This document shows positions 41,321 through 50,743 of a DNA stretch of 64,000 nucleotides, piece by piece. The translations under genes and the position numbers were made by a program. This stretch comes from Nitrospirota bacterium (lineage in GTDB: Bacteria; Nitrospirota; Thermodesulfovibrionia; Thermodesulfovibrionales; Dissulfurispiraceae). The DNA is taken from contig CAWBMP010000004.1 of the NCBI GenBank assembly GCA_963790025.1, forward strand, positions 64,001 to 128,000. The letters run 5' to 3'. How positions within the stretch are numbered: the stretch's first letter is position 1; each line of letters begins with the position of its first letter. The notes below the pieces were generated by a model. The model saw only the letters and a list, made by a program, of their open reading frames with translations. It ran no database searches and was not told the origin of the DNA.

Positions 41321-41434
41321 GCTAAAACTATGCCAGGATATAACTATTTGATTTTATGAAAGTATTAATAAGGAAGGTCAAAAAAATGACGGAATAGAAG
41401 CCATTAGAGGCTCCCTAACCGTCAATAAATTAGC
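41321..41434 (-). promoter_or_regulatory. Sigma54 promoter of fliL operon with IHF site and FleQ-type boxes
   Basis: TGGCAT-AGTTT-TAGC (41321-41335); IHF AATCAA-ATAG-TTA (41341-41353); GTCAAAAAAATGAC (41377-41390); GTCAATAAATTAGC (41421-41434). Confidence 0.75.
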
Positions 41435-41492
41435 TCATAGCTCATAGAAAAGCACTTTCTGCCTTTGCTATGAGTTATGAGCTATCAGCTAA
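41430..41492. repeat. Heptamer tandem-repeat inverted element
   Basis: TAGCTCA TAGCTCA TAG arm and CTATGAG TTATGAG CTATCAG CTA arm. Confidence 0.8.
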
Positions 41493-41495
41493 TTA

Positions 41496-43373
41496 CTATT
41501 GTTTCGCCTGCTGTAAAGCAGTAAACAGTTCTTCAGAAGTTGAAATAACCTTTGCGCTGGCCTGATATGCGCTCTGAACAGTTATCATGGCAACAAATTC
41601 GCTTGATAAGTCGACATTGCTTTCCTCAAGTGAACTTGAGAATATCTTTCCAAATCCTGCATTGCCTGCAAGACCAGGAATCGGTTGTCCTGAATCACTT
41701 GTTTGGCTGTACATATTGTTTCCCACATCCGTGAGTTTATCCGGAGCATTAAACCTGACAAGCTCAATCTGGGCAATATTCTTTGTCTGGCCATTAGTAA
41801 AGGTGCCGGTTATGACGCCCGTCTGGGAAACAGCATAACTATCGAGACTGCCTGCTGCATATCCATCCTGGTACTGGTTCGCGACCGAACTCGATGAACC
41901 ACCAAATTGAGTTGTGCCGGCAGTTCCGCTGCCGCCCTGGTTAACCGTCTCGGCCTCCAACTGGCCGAAATCAAAAGTAATCGGCTGGGCTTGTTTTACA
42001 CCTCCTGAGAAATCGAAGCTGTTATAAGTCGGGGCAACAGTGTCAACAAGTGCACCGGCGTCATTGAACTCGAGAGTCCCCTGGCTGGCTATCTGGGTCA
42101 GACCACTAGCGCTGTCGCCCGAAGAAACCGATGACCACCACATCCATGTGTTGCCTTTTGCCGCCAGGTTAGCGTTCTGCAGCAGTTCACTATTGTCTAT
42201 CTGCTCGAAATAAATATTGGCCAAATGGCCGTTGCCGGCCGAGTCATATAGCGTCATCGACGTTGAAAAAGCAGTGCCGGGATTAGTCGGATCGAACCCG
42301 GCAGTCTCGAAATCACTTGTGGCTGCACCTGCAGCAGCAAGTGCCGTTATGCCTGCTCCGGTCCCGTTAGTGTTAGTGCTGGAATAACCCAGTATATTCT
42401 GCAATCCATCCTTTTGAGTCCAGTCAATGTTAAAAGCCGTACCGGCAGTTATTGTGAATGTGTATGGGGTGCCCGCGCCTGAGTTTGCCGGGAGGTTGAG
42501 GCCGATTTTTGGATCATTGTAAACAACCGTTGCCGCAGCGCTTACTGCAGCTCCGTTTATCTGGTAAGCTGCGGCTGAATAGTCTGCGTTTGCGCCTCCA
42601 TTAGCATTATTGAGCAGGTTCTGGATTTGGTTGGCCAGTCCCTCACCGTCATAACTGCCGGTATTAAGGGTAAAGGTCTTGTAAGTCATGACGCCGGCAA
42701 CCAGTACGCCTAATTTAATTGAATTATTTGAAGTGGTAATAACAAAGGGTTTTGTGCCTGTGGCGGCTGCGCCTACAGTATTATAATTGACGTTGGTGTT
42801 TGTAAGTGTTGCAGAGGTTGGGTCATCGAGGGGCGCCGACTGCGACAAATTAGCGAAGATTGTCGCATTTGCCGTTGCCGCTGGAGAACCGATGCCGATC
42901 TGGGACATGTTGATGTTGCCTATAGCACCGAACGTGCCGGGCGTCGTGCCTGTTTTTGAAATAACCGGCTGATCCACCGCCACAGCTCCCTGTACGAAGT
43001 CGCCAGTGGGAGTCACAATGTTACCATCTTTGTCCACGCTGAATTGGCCGGCCCTTGTATAAAATTGACTCCCATTTGGATCTTTAATACTAAAAAAACC
43101 AGACCCCTGAATAGCCATGTCAAGGGGATTCGCTGTCGCTTGCAGCGTCCCCTGCGAAAAGTCTGCAGCTACCGAATCAACCTGAACGCCGCTTCCGGCA
43201 TCGAGTCCGGTAGAACCTCCCAGACTTGTACTCAAAAGATTGGCAAATTCTGTAGTATCTGCTTTAAAACCTACCGTATTGCTGTTGGATATGTTGTTGC
43301 CGATAACCGACAAATCTGCGGACATTGCGTTCAGTCCGCTTACCGAAGTGTATAGTGCCGTTCCAAATGCCAT
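41496..43373 (-). CDS. flgE: Flagellar hook protein, long form
   Basis: GNNISNSNTVGFK, YTRAGQF, YDSAG, QDGYAAG, LEESNVDLSSEF. Confidence 0.93.
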   Translation of the reverse strand: MAFGTALYTSVSGLNAMSADLSVIGNNISNSNTVGFKADTTEFANLLSTSLGGSTGLDAGSGVQVDSVAADFSQGTLQATANPLDMAIQGSGFFSIKDPNGSQFYTRAGQFSVDKDGNIVTPTGDFVQGAVAVDQPVISKTGTTPGTFGAIGNINMSQIGIGSPAATANATIFANLSQSAPLDDPTSATLTNTNVNYNTVGAAATGTKPFVITTSNNSIKLGVLVAGVMTYKTFTLNTGSYDGEGLANQIQNLLNNANGGANADYSAAAYQINGAAVSAAATVVYNDPKIGLNLPANSGAGTPYTFTITAGTAFNIDWTQKDGLQNILGYSSTNTNGTGAGITALAAAGAATSDFETAGFDPTNPGTAFSTSMTLYDSAGNGHLANIYFEQIDNSELLQNANLAAKGNTWMWWSSVSSGDSASGLTQIASQGTLEFNDAGALVDTVAPTYNSFDFSGGVKQAQPITFDFGQLEAETVNQGGSGTAGTTQFGGSSSSVANQYQDGYAAGSLDSYAVSQTGVITGTFTNGQTKNIAQIELVRFNAPDKLTDVGNNMYSQTSDSGQPIPGLAGNAGFGKIFSSSLEESNVDLSSEFVAMITVQSAYQASAKVISTSEELFTALQQAKQ

Positions 43374-43410
43374 AATAATCCTCCTTTTTACGCTATAACG
43401 CTTTATATAT

Positions 43411-44178
43411 CTATGTTGTTTCAGCCAACATGGATGTGAACATCTCATTTGTTGTGTTCAAAACCGTAGTCCCCGATTGAAACGCATTTTGCAGCGAAAT
43501 CATATTTACAAATTCATTTTCCATGTTCACATTGCTCGCCTCAAGAGAACTCCCCTGAATAGTGCCTGTCCCCCCTGTGCCCGGAGTCGCCACTACGGGC
43601 ACCCCCGACCCGGCAGTCTGCGAATACAAATTATTCCCCATATTTTGAAGCTGGGTCGGAGCATTGAATTTAGCCAGCAATATCTGGGTTTTTGTGACCT
43701 GTCCACTTGGATAAGTTGCGTTAAGCATGCCATACTGGTCCACTTGCAACGAAACAGGTAAATTACCTCCTGCATCAGGAGGAACAAATAAATCGCCAGG
43801 GGGTCCCTGAAGAATCAAACCCTGGGGGTTTACAATATAATTATTCTTATCGAGCGAGAATTCACCGTCCCTCGTATAAGACATAGTGCCGTTTGGATTT
43901 CTGACTATGAAAAAGCCGTCTCCGCTGATCCCAAGATCAAGAGGATTACTGGTAGCTTGGAATGTGCCTTGTGTAAACTGGGTCTGGACCGCCTGGGTCA
44001 TGACGCCCGAGCCGATAGTCTGCCCCATGGCCTGAGTTAACAAATCACCGAACAGCGGCCGGCTCCCCTTGAACCCGACTGTATTGCTATTGGCCAGATT
44101 GTTGCCGATAATACCAAGACCGGAACTCGCTGCGTCAAGACCGCTCTGAATAATATTAACTGACGATAACCCCCCCAT
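43411..44178 (-). CDS. Second, short hook/rod-type axial protein (FlgE-like, about 255 aa)
   Basis: GNNLANSNTVGFK, NPLDLGISGDGFF, YTRDGEF, LEASNVNMENEF. Confidence 0.85.
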   Translation of the reverse strand: MGGLSSVNIIQSGLDAASSGLGIIGNNLANSNTVGFKGSRPLFGDLLTQAMGQTIGSGVMTQAVQTQFTQGTFQATSNPLDLGISGDGFFIVRNPNGTMSYTRDGEFSLDKNNYIVNPQGLILQGPPGDLFVPPDAGGNLPVSLQVDQYGMLNATYPSGQVTKTQILLAKFNAPTQLQNMGNNLYSQTAGSGVPVVATPGTGGTGTIQGSSLEASNVNMENEFVNMISLQNAFQSGTTVLNTTNEMFTSMLAETT

Positions 44179-44188
44179 GTTCCCTCCT

Positions 44189-44698
44189 TTAACTGCCGCT
44201 CGTTGTCGAACTGCCGGCGCCGGACGCAGAGTTAAAGGAAACACTTGCAATAGCTGAGTAGTTGACTGTCATAGGGACAGTCTGTGTCGTGCCATCGCTC
44301 TGGGTCTGCTTGGCATTAATGGTAAGTTGAACACCATTTGTCGGATCGACGCTCACTTGTGTCACTACGCCTGTATCACCACTCGTGTCTGTTATGTTCA
44401 TCCCGATCATGCCTGTCGCAGAGCTCTCTTGCACAGCTTGTGTTGTTTTGATTTGCTGATCAAGGCTGTTAAAAGTGGCAAGCTGCGCTACAAAATCACT
44501 GTTGCTCATGGGATTGGTAGGGTCCTGGTTCTTTAACTCCGCGACCAACAGTGTTAAGAAATCGCTCTCCCCCAGTGCATTTGTTCCCGACGCACCGGAT
44601 GAACTGCCGGTGCTGCCTGTAGTGCTGGAGCTGTTGGCAGTGCTCGTGTTGTTTGTGTAGCCCGAATTGTTCAAAATCGATGTTATGTCTGCTGACAT
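44189..44698 (-). CDS. flgD: Hook-capping protein
   Basis: [19 protein letters not shown]...[11 protein letters not shown]. Confidence 0.94.
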   Translation of the reverse strand: MSADITSILNNSGYTNNTSTANSSSTTGSTGSSSGASGTNALGESDFLTLLVAELKNQDPTNPMSNSDFVAQLATFNSLDQQIKTTQAVQESSATGMIGMNITDTSGDTGVVTQVSVDPTNGVQLTINAKQTQSDGTTQTVPMTVNYSAIASVSFNSASGAGSSTTSGS

Positions 44699-44715
44699 CT
44701 CATAACCTCCTTTTT

Positions 44716-46383
44716 TTACGCAAAGAAGTCGAAGAAACCTGTTTTTTGTTCCTTTTGCTGTCTTTGCTGCCGCTGGTTTGTATCGTCCTGTTGTCTTCTT
44801 CCATCCTTAAAGCTGTCTTCTTTCAAATCTGTAAAAAAATTCCCGGTCTTTATGCCCGAACTTTCGATTGACTGCTTGATTTGAGGCATTACGGTAGTGA
44901 ACATGTCTTTTACCGCAGTAGAGTCAACCTTGATGTCCGCTGTCAAAATGCCGTTTTCCATTTTGAGTTTTATCTGTATTGTGCCCATATCGGGAGGCGA
45001 AAGTTTTATTGTCAGATTACTGTCTCCGGAAGCCAGCGTTTTCATTATGGGTTCGCTCAATTCGCCCAACCTGCTGACGGGAATGGCTTCCTGTGCCGGT
45101 TTCGCATCATTGGCATACTGGGTCTGCTGTGCCGGGACAGCAGCGCAGAGCGCAGAGTGTTCAGCGTTCAGCGACGTCGAGTCAGTGTTGCTGTTCGGGT
45201 TTTTTTGCGTTATAGCGCTCAGAACTGTAACCTCTACGCCATTTGCGCCAAGAGTTGCTGAGTTCATTGCATTCGTAGCCGGATTACCTGCATTATTGGT
45301 TGCGTTAAGATTTCCAGCGTTTATTTCATTCGATGTTGGATTGCCGGCATTATTGGCTGTCTTTAGAGTTGCAGCGCTTATTGAATTCGTCGCTTGATTG
45401 CCGGCGTTATTGGCTGCGTTAAGAGTTGCAGCGCTTATTGAATTCGTCGCTTGATTGCCGGCGTTATTGGCTGCGTTAAGAGTTGCAGCGCCTATTGCAC
45501 CTGTCGTTGGATTGCCGGCGTTATTGGCTGCGTTAAGAGTTGCAGCGCCTATTGCACCTGTCGTTGGATTGCCGGCGTTATTGGCTGCGTTAAGAGTTGC
45601 AGCGCCTATTGCACCCGTCGTTGGATTGCCGGCGTTATTGGCCGCGTTAAGAGTTGCAGCGCCTATTGCACCTGTCGTTGGATTGCCGGCGTTATCAGGC
45701 AAGTTTTGTTGCGCCATAACGGTCAACGCGGTATTATCAACAATAGCGTCAGGCGTTAGATTACCAGTATAGCCGGCAACGCTAGTAGTCAAGTTTTGTT
45801 GCGCCGCTGAGCCCTTAACGTTTTCGCCGCCATTGGCAGCAGGCACGGCACTTTTTTGAAGTGCCTGCTCCAACACCGCAATCAGAGAGGTCGTACCATT
45901 GCCTGTGCCATTGCTGCCGGCTATGCCGGTAGCGGCAATTGAGGTATCAGAGGAAGCAGCATTTAAGGACTGACCCGGCGCAATTAAAATATAAGGCTGG
46001 GCAACCGATGTCTGCAGCTGACCTATCATCTGCTGAAGCAGGTCCGTCATGCTGTTTCTGGAATCTGTTTTTTTGTCTGGACCTGTCTTATTGTCGGTCC
46101 CGTTGTTGATAAAAAGTCCTTGCATTAATTCAGCGAGTGAAACTGTTTTGCCGTCGGCGTTTATAAAAGTGCCGTTCTGAAGATTGCCTGTCCCTTTGTC
46201 AAGACCGGAACTTATTGCCCGTAAAAGGCCCGCAAAGTCTGCGGTCGGGTCTCCATTTCCGCCAGCGCCTTGAGTAACACTGCTTGTAGTCATGCCTGAC
46301 ACCGGGGTCACCGAAGAATCGGATATTCGTTGGGGTACGGCAGGCATGATTTCATTAACTTTAGCTATGATATTATCGACCAT
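44716..46383 (-). CDS. fliK: Hook-length control protein
   Basis: C-terminal [13 protein letters not shown] domain; low-complexity N-part; start MVDNII downstream of a sigma54 promoter. Confidence 0.9.
   Translation of the reverse strand: MVDNIIAKVNEIMPAVPQRISDSSVTPVSGMTTSSVTQGAGGNGDPTADFAGLLRAISSGLDKGTGNLQNGTFINADGKTVSLAELMQGLFINNGTDNKTGPDKKTDSRNSMTDLLQQMIGQLQTSVAQPYILIAPGQSLNAASSDTSIAATGIAGSNGTGNGTTSLIAVLEQALQKSAVPAANGGENVKGSAAQQNLTTSVAGYTGNLTPDAIVDNTALTVMAQQNLPDNAGNPTTGAIGAATLNAANNAGNPTTGAIGAATLNAANNAGNPTTGAIGAATLNAANNAGNPTTGAIGAATLNAANNAGNQATNSISAATLNAANNAGNQATNSISAATLKTANNAGNPTSNEINAGNLNATNNAGNPATNAMNSATLGANGVEVTVLSAITQKNPNSNTDSTSLNAEHSALCAAVPAQQTQYANDAKPAQEAIPVSRLGELSEPIMKTLASGDSNLTIKLSPPDMGTIQIKLKMENGILTADIKVDSTAVKDMFTTVMPQIKQSIESSGIKTGNFFTDLKEDSFKDGRRQQDDTNQRQQRQQKEQKTGFFDFFA
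45249..45695 (-). repeat. In-frame 57-bp tandem repeat (about 8 units) in fliK
   Basis: Encodes [19 protein letters not shown] x4, [15 protein letters not shown] x2, plus 2 degenerate units. Confidence 0.95.
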
Positions 46384-46436
46384 ACGATTCTCCTGGCCTC
46401 CTGATGACTTTTTGAACTTTTGCAATACGAGATAAA

Positions 46437-46451
46437 GCAAGCCGCATGCCA
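46437..46451 (-). promoter_or_regulatory. Sigma54 promoter of fliK-flgD-flgE
   Basis: TGGCAT-GCGGC-TTGC; candidate boxes GGTTACTTTTTTCC (46528) and GGGAATTAATTTCC (46546) upstream. Confidence 0.85.
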
Positions 46452-46569
46452 AGGGAAAAAACGGGTATCAAGTGGCAAACAGCAAAGGAAAAGAAAAAAA
46501 CGGGTACTTGCTACCCTTCATTTTGCCGGTTACTTTTTTCCTATGGGGAATTAATTTCCTGCTCTACGA

Positions 46570-47073
46570 TTACTTCGGGGCTTTGGGGATTTTGGTAATA
46601 ATCTTTTTTGAAATGGAAGCCGCCTTGTCACTGTCCATCTGGGCAAGAATTCCACCGGCAGTCCTCGGCTTCAGTGAGCTGAGAATAGCCGCGGCAGTGT
46701 CCTCGTCAAGTTTTTCGAGTGCTTTTGCAGCTTCTTCAGGGGGCATCGCCTCGTATATCTTGCTTACCTTCAGCAGACGCTGTTTTGCGGCTTCATCCAA
46801 ACCTTTTTGCGCCTCTTCAATATCTTTTTTCAGCTTCTCGTTGTATTCTATTTCCTTTTTTATATCAGACTTTATGATACCAAGCCGTTCCTTATCGAGT
46901 GACCCCTGGTCCTGCCCGTAAGCGGGCGTAAGCAGTAAGCAGTAAGCAGTAAGCAGTAAAACAGTAAATAAAGAAAAAAAAGAACCCAGAGCTTCAAAAG
47001 AATGGATTCCCGCCCGTGCGGGTATAACAATCAAGTGCTTTTTAAGACTTTTTACGAGCTGGTCAGACTTCAT
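46570..47073 (-). CDS. MotE-family (MgtE N-terminal-like) flagellar protein
   Basis: Signal peptide, coiled coil, KIYEAMPPEEAA...LKPRTAGGILAQMDSDKAA; after fliJ. Confidence 0.85.
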   Translation of the reverse strand: MKSDQLVKSLKKHLIVIPARAGIHSFEALGSFFSLFTVLLLTAYCLLLTPAYGQDQGSLDKERLGIIKSDIKKEIEYNEKLKKDIEEAQKGLDEAAKQRLLKVSKIYEAMPPEEAAKALEKLDEDTAAAILSSLKPRTAGGILAQMDSDKAASISKKIITKIPKAPK

Positions 47074-47143
47074 TGTTTATCTCCTTACCACTCACTTCTT
47101 ACCCTTTTTGCTAAATCCTATTTTCTTTTTTACTGCTTACTCC

Positions 47144-47584
47144 CTACCGCCTGCTATCTTTCCTTTGATGCCGTATTATCGCACTCTCGTCTATGTTTAT
47201 CTGTTCTTTTCTTTTAATTTCTTTACTGAGCATACTTTTTTGTTTCTCGTCCAGTTTTTCAAATGTCTTTTTTTCCTTCGAAGCCTCCTGAAGGGCCTTG
47301 CGCGACTCTTCCACCTGAAGCTCCTTTTGCAAGATCACTTTCTTCTGACGCTCTATCTTATCCAGCAAATATTCTATATATCTATTCAGTCTCCTGATTT
47401 CAGCAATTTCGATCAATTTATTCGTCGCCGCTTCAAATTTTGTGCCGGCATCCTTATACTGCTCTTCCAAGGCAAGAAGGCGTTTCTCTTCTACCGCAAG
47501 CTGTTTAAGGCAATGAGCAAACTGCTGCTTTGCCTCATCCTCCTTCCATCTTTTCAGATTCAACAGACTCGCGATAGTACTCAT
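47144..47584 (-). CDS. fliJ: Flagellar export protein
   Basis: Coiled coil, LLNLKRWKED...EKLDEK...EQINIDE, after fliI. Confidence 0.88.
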   Translation of the reverse strand: MSTIASLLNLKRWKEDEAKQQFAHCLKQLAVEEKRLLALEEQYKDAGTKFEAATNKLIEIAEIRRLNRYIEYLLDKIERQKKVILQKELQVEESRKALQEASKEKKTFEKLDEKQKSMLSKEIKRKEQINIDESAIIRHQRKDSRR

Positions 47585-47710
47585 ATAGCGTACTGCGTAC
47601 GGAGTTCAGCGTGCCGCGTAAAAAAAATCGCAGACTTTCTGTTAGTCACTTCTCTATTCATGTCCGTTATAGTCCTTTAACGCTGTACGCTGAACGCACA
47701 ACGGCGAACG
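47585..47710. repeat. Heptamer tandem-repeat inverted element
   Basis: AGCGTAC TGCGTAC GGAGTTC AGCGTGC arm and ACGCTGT ACGCTGA ACGCACA ACG arm. Confidence 0.8.
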
Positions 47711-49036
47711 TTATTCAAATAAACCATTGAGATCCTGCAAGCCCTGTTCAAAAGTGACCTTGTCGGTAATGTTTTGTCTCAGAAAAGCCCTGATTTTTTC
47801 CATCATACGTATGGCTGCATCCAGCCCCGGATTTGTCCCTTCCTTATATGCTCCGATGGTGATGACATCTTCGTATCTTTTATACAAGGCCATTATTTCC
47901 AGCACTTTTTCCACCTGCATTTTGTGCTTCGGGTCGGATATATCTTTCATAAGCCTGCTTATACTCTGAAGGACATCAATTGCCGGATAGTGATTGTGGT
48001 TGGCAAGCTCCCTGGAGAGGACTATATGGCCATCGAGTATTGACCTGGCGGCATCGGCAATCGGCTCATTCATATCATCGCCTTCAACAAGGACTGTATA
48101 CAGGCCGGTTATTGTTCCCTCCCGCTCCCATGTGCCTGCCCGTTCAAGGAGCTTGGGCATGAGATTGAAAACTGACGGTGTATACCCTTTCATAGTCGGC
48201 GGTTCACCGGCAGCCAAACCTATTTCTCTTTGCGCCATTGCAAATCTCGTCAGCGAGTCCATCATTAACAGAACGTTTTTGCCCAGCGACCTGAAGTACT
48301 CGGCAATGGCCGTTGCGACAAAAGCGCCACGTATTCTTATAAGCGGAGAAGTGTCCGATGTGGCTACCACAAGCACCGACCTATTTAGTCCTTCCGCGCC
48401 GAGGTCTTTCTCAATAAACTCCCTTACTTCCCTCCCGCGCTCACCGATAAGGGCTATGACATTGACATCTGCGGCCGTATTCCGTGCCATCATGCCTAAA
48501 AGCACACTCTTGCCGACACCGCTGCCGGCCATTATCCCGATCCTCTGGCCTTTCCCAATGGTAAGCAAGGTGTTTACAGAACGTATCCCGAGGTCAAGAG
48601 GAGTGGTTATTCGCTGACGGTATAACGGATTTATCGGCTCGTTATATACCGGATATAGCTGGCCTGTCACAGGTTCTTTGGCATCCATCGGGTTGCCGAC
48701 ACCGTCAAGTATTCGTCCCAAAAGGCCCTTGCCCATCCTTATGTAACGCTGCCTGCCCTTTGCTACTATTCTGGAGCCCGGACCGATGCCCCTCAATTCA
48801 CCAAGAGGCATCAAAAGTATTTTACCTTCTTTAAAACCTATAACTTCGGCCTCCATAAACTGTTCTGCTCCATTGCCGTTTAATTCTATCTGGCATATAT
48901 CGCCGATATTGGCCTGAGGACCAAGTCCCTCAATCACAATACCGATCCCTTTGTTCACCTTGCCGTAAACCTTGACCGGATCGGTTTCCCTGACAATAGA
49001 CTTACATCTTTCTATGAGTTGCAGTGCCGATGACAT
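47711..49036 (-). CDS. fliI: Flagellar export ATPase
   Basis: AGSGVGKS, IGERGREV, MDSLTR, ILDGHIVL. Confidence 0.97.
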   Translation of the reverse strand: MSSALQLIERCKSIVRETDPVKVYGKVNKGIGIVIEGLGPQANIGDICQIELNGNGAEQFMEAEVIGFKEGKILLMPLGELRGIGPGSRIVAKGRQRYIRMGKGLLGRILDGVGNPMDAKEPVTGQLYPVYNEPINPLYRQRITTPLDLGIRSVNTLLTIGKGQRIGIMAGSGVGKSVLLGMMARNTAADVNVIALIGERGREVREFIEKDLGAEGLNRSVLVVATSDTSPLIRIRGAFVATAIAEYFRSLGKNVLLMMDSLTRFAMAQREIGLAAGEPPTMKGYTPSVFNLMPKLLERAGTWEREGTITGLYTVLVEGDDMNEPIADAARSILDGHIVLSRELANHNHYPAIDVLQSISRLMKDISDPKHKMQVEKVLEIMALYKRYEDVITIGAYKEGTNPGLDAAIRMMEKIRAFLRQNITDKVTFEQGLQDLNGLFE

Positions 49037-49769
49037 CCTCGACTTCCTTCATTTGCTCTTCGATCCTGGCATCGACCTCTCCTGTCGGGGTTTCAATGTA
49101 GCACCCTCCAGGGGATATCGTCGCAGAGGGCTCAAGAGATATGTTTTTAAGACCTGACTGCTCTTTGAGCAGGTCAATATGGGGAATCATTACTTCGTAA
49201 TCCAGCGGATTTATTTTTATGACAAGGTATTCTTCTTTTTCTCCAACCTTCCGTACAGCATCCTGGGCAACCGAGAGTATCAGGTCTCTATCGAGATCTA
49301 TTTCCTTATGCACTATCTTCTTTGCGATTTCGATGGAGAGCTCAATGATTTGGGGCAATATTTCAGTGAGCTTGTCAACCCTGAAATTCTCAAGCGATGC
49401 TATAATTTCTCCGAGTCTTGTGAGCGTGGCGCTGACTTTATCATTTCCCCCGGTCAGTCCTTCGGCAAAACCTTCCGCATGACCTTCCGCATGCCCCCGC
49501 GAGCGCGCCTCCTGTTCAAGGTTTCTTATACGCTCCTGCACTTCCTCACCCAGCGGCTCTTCCACAGGGGGGCTCTCTTCAGTTTCCTGCAAACCTTCCG
49601 GCCCGACAGGAGCAACGATACCGGCAAGCTCATCATTAAAATCCTGAAGTGTATACAGTTCCGCCTCAACGAATCTTCGATTCTTCGGGGACGCCGCAGC
49701 TCCCCCCCTAAAAGTCTGCTGACTTTTCGGGGACCCCGGTTGCACGTCGTTTTCGTGTGCGCTAGGCAA
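49002..49769 (-). CDS. fliH: Flagellar assembly protein (probable TTG start 49769)
   Basis: GxxxG repeats (GHAEGHAEGFAEG), GGCYIETPTGEVDAR. Confidence 0.88.
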   Translation of the reverse strand: MPSAHENDVQPGSPKSQQTFRGGAAASPKNRRFVEAELYTLQDFNDELAGIVAPVGPEGLQETEESPPVEEPLGEEVQERIRNLEQEARSRGHAEGHAEGFAEGLTGGNDKVSATLTRLGEIIASLENFRVDKLTEILPQIIELSIEIAKKIVHKEIDLDRDLILSVAQDAVRKVGEKEEYLVIKINPLDYEVMIPHIDLLKEQSGLKNISLEPSATISPGGCYIETPTGEVDARIEEQMKEVEDVIGTATHRKM

Positions 49770-50742
49770 TAATTTCTTCTCCACCTTTGCCTCCGACCAC
49801 AATCTTGCCCTCTTCTTCAAGCCTGCGCGCAACCCTTACGACATTCATCTGGGCCTTTTCAACATCCGAAACCCTTACAGCGCCTTTAGTTTCCATTTCT
49901 TCCTTCAGTATCTGAACAGCCCTCTGAGACATATTCCCGTATATTTTTGCCTTGAGATCATCGGACGCCATTTTGAGGGCAAGAGCAAGGTCATCAGTGG
50001 TTATTTCTTTGAGAATCATCTGTATGCCCTTGGCATCTATATTGACGAGGTCATCAAAGGTAAACATAAGCTTCCTGATCTCATCCGCGAGTATCTGGTC
50101 CTTCTCTTCAATATTCTTGATGATCAGGTCCTCACTGGCCCTGTCGAGCTGGTTCAGTATCTCAGCAACAGTTTTAATACCGCCGATCTTTTTACCCCTG
50201 GTGTAACTCTGCAACTGGGACTGCAACACGTCCTCCAGTTCTCCCAGGATAGTAGGCGATATCTGATCGAGACTCGCAATTCTCAGGGAAACGTCTATTT
50301 TAACATGCTCCGGCAGCTTAGACAACACCTCGGCGGCCTGAGTAGGCTCGAGATAAGCGATAATTATGGCGATCGTTTGCGGATGCTCCCTCGCCAGCAT
50401 GTTTGCGATAGCACCGGAATCAAGCCACCGGAGGATATCGAAAGCGCTTGCACCGCTTTCGATCTTGTCCATCAATTTTTTTGCATGGTCTTCGCCGAAG
50501 GCCTGCACCAATATTTTCTTAATATAGTCCTCATCGACCGCAAGCATGGCCGAACCTGTTTTATCGAAAAACTCCTCCAGGAGACCGTCAACTAATTCTG
50601 GAGTCAGCTTTATGCGCGCCATCATGGGAACGACCCTTGCCAGTTCGAGAGGATCGAGATGCTTGAAAATCTGCGTTGCCGCATCCTCCCCTACTATTGA
50701 CAGAAATGCGGCGACCTTTTCAACACCGGACAACTTTTTCAT
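49762..50742 (-). CDS. fliG: Motor switch protein
   Basis: EHPQTIA, GGIK, MFTFDDL, NMSQRA. Confidence 0.97.
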   Translation of the reverse strand: MKKLSGVEKVAAFLSIVGEDAATQIFKHLDPLELARVVPMMARIKLTPELVDGLLEEFFDKTGSAMLAVDEDYIKKILVQAFGEDHAKKLMDKIESGASAFDILRWLDSGAIANMLAREHPQTIAIIIAYLEPTQAAEVLSKLPEHVKIDVSLRIASLDQISPTILGELEDVLQSQLQSYTRGKKIGGIKTVAEILNQLDRASEDLIIKNIEEKDQILADEIRKLMFTFDDLVNIDAKGIQMILKEITTDDLALALKMASDDLKAKIYGNMSQRAVQILKEEMETKGAVRVSDVEKAQMNVVRVARRLEEEGKIVVGGKGGEEIIA

Positions 50743-50743
50743 T

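Noticed and set aside
44170..44176. G7 run after the start codon of the short flgE-like gene as a phase-variable tract
   Set aside because: Seven bases is too short to distinguish from chance.
45249..45695. Possible CRISPR array
   Set aside because: Head-to-tail 57-bp units with no unique spacers, in frame within fliK, and no cas genes.
40702..46452. Long N-terminal extensions in the ORF track for fliL, flgE, short flgE-like and fliK (also greA, flhF, fliQ, fliH and the CheY-like gene)
   Set aside because: Downstream starts have better RBSs and match family N-termini; the fliK extension overlaps its own sigma54 promoter.
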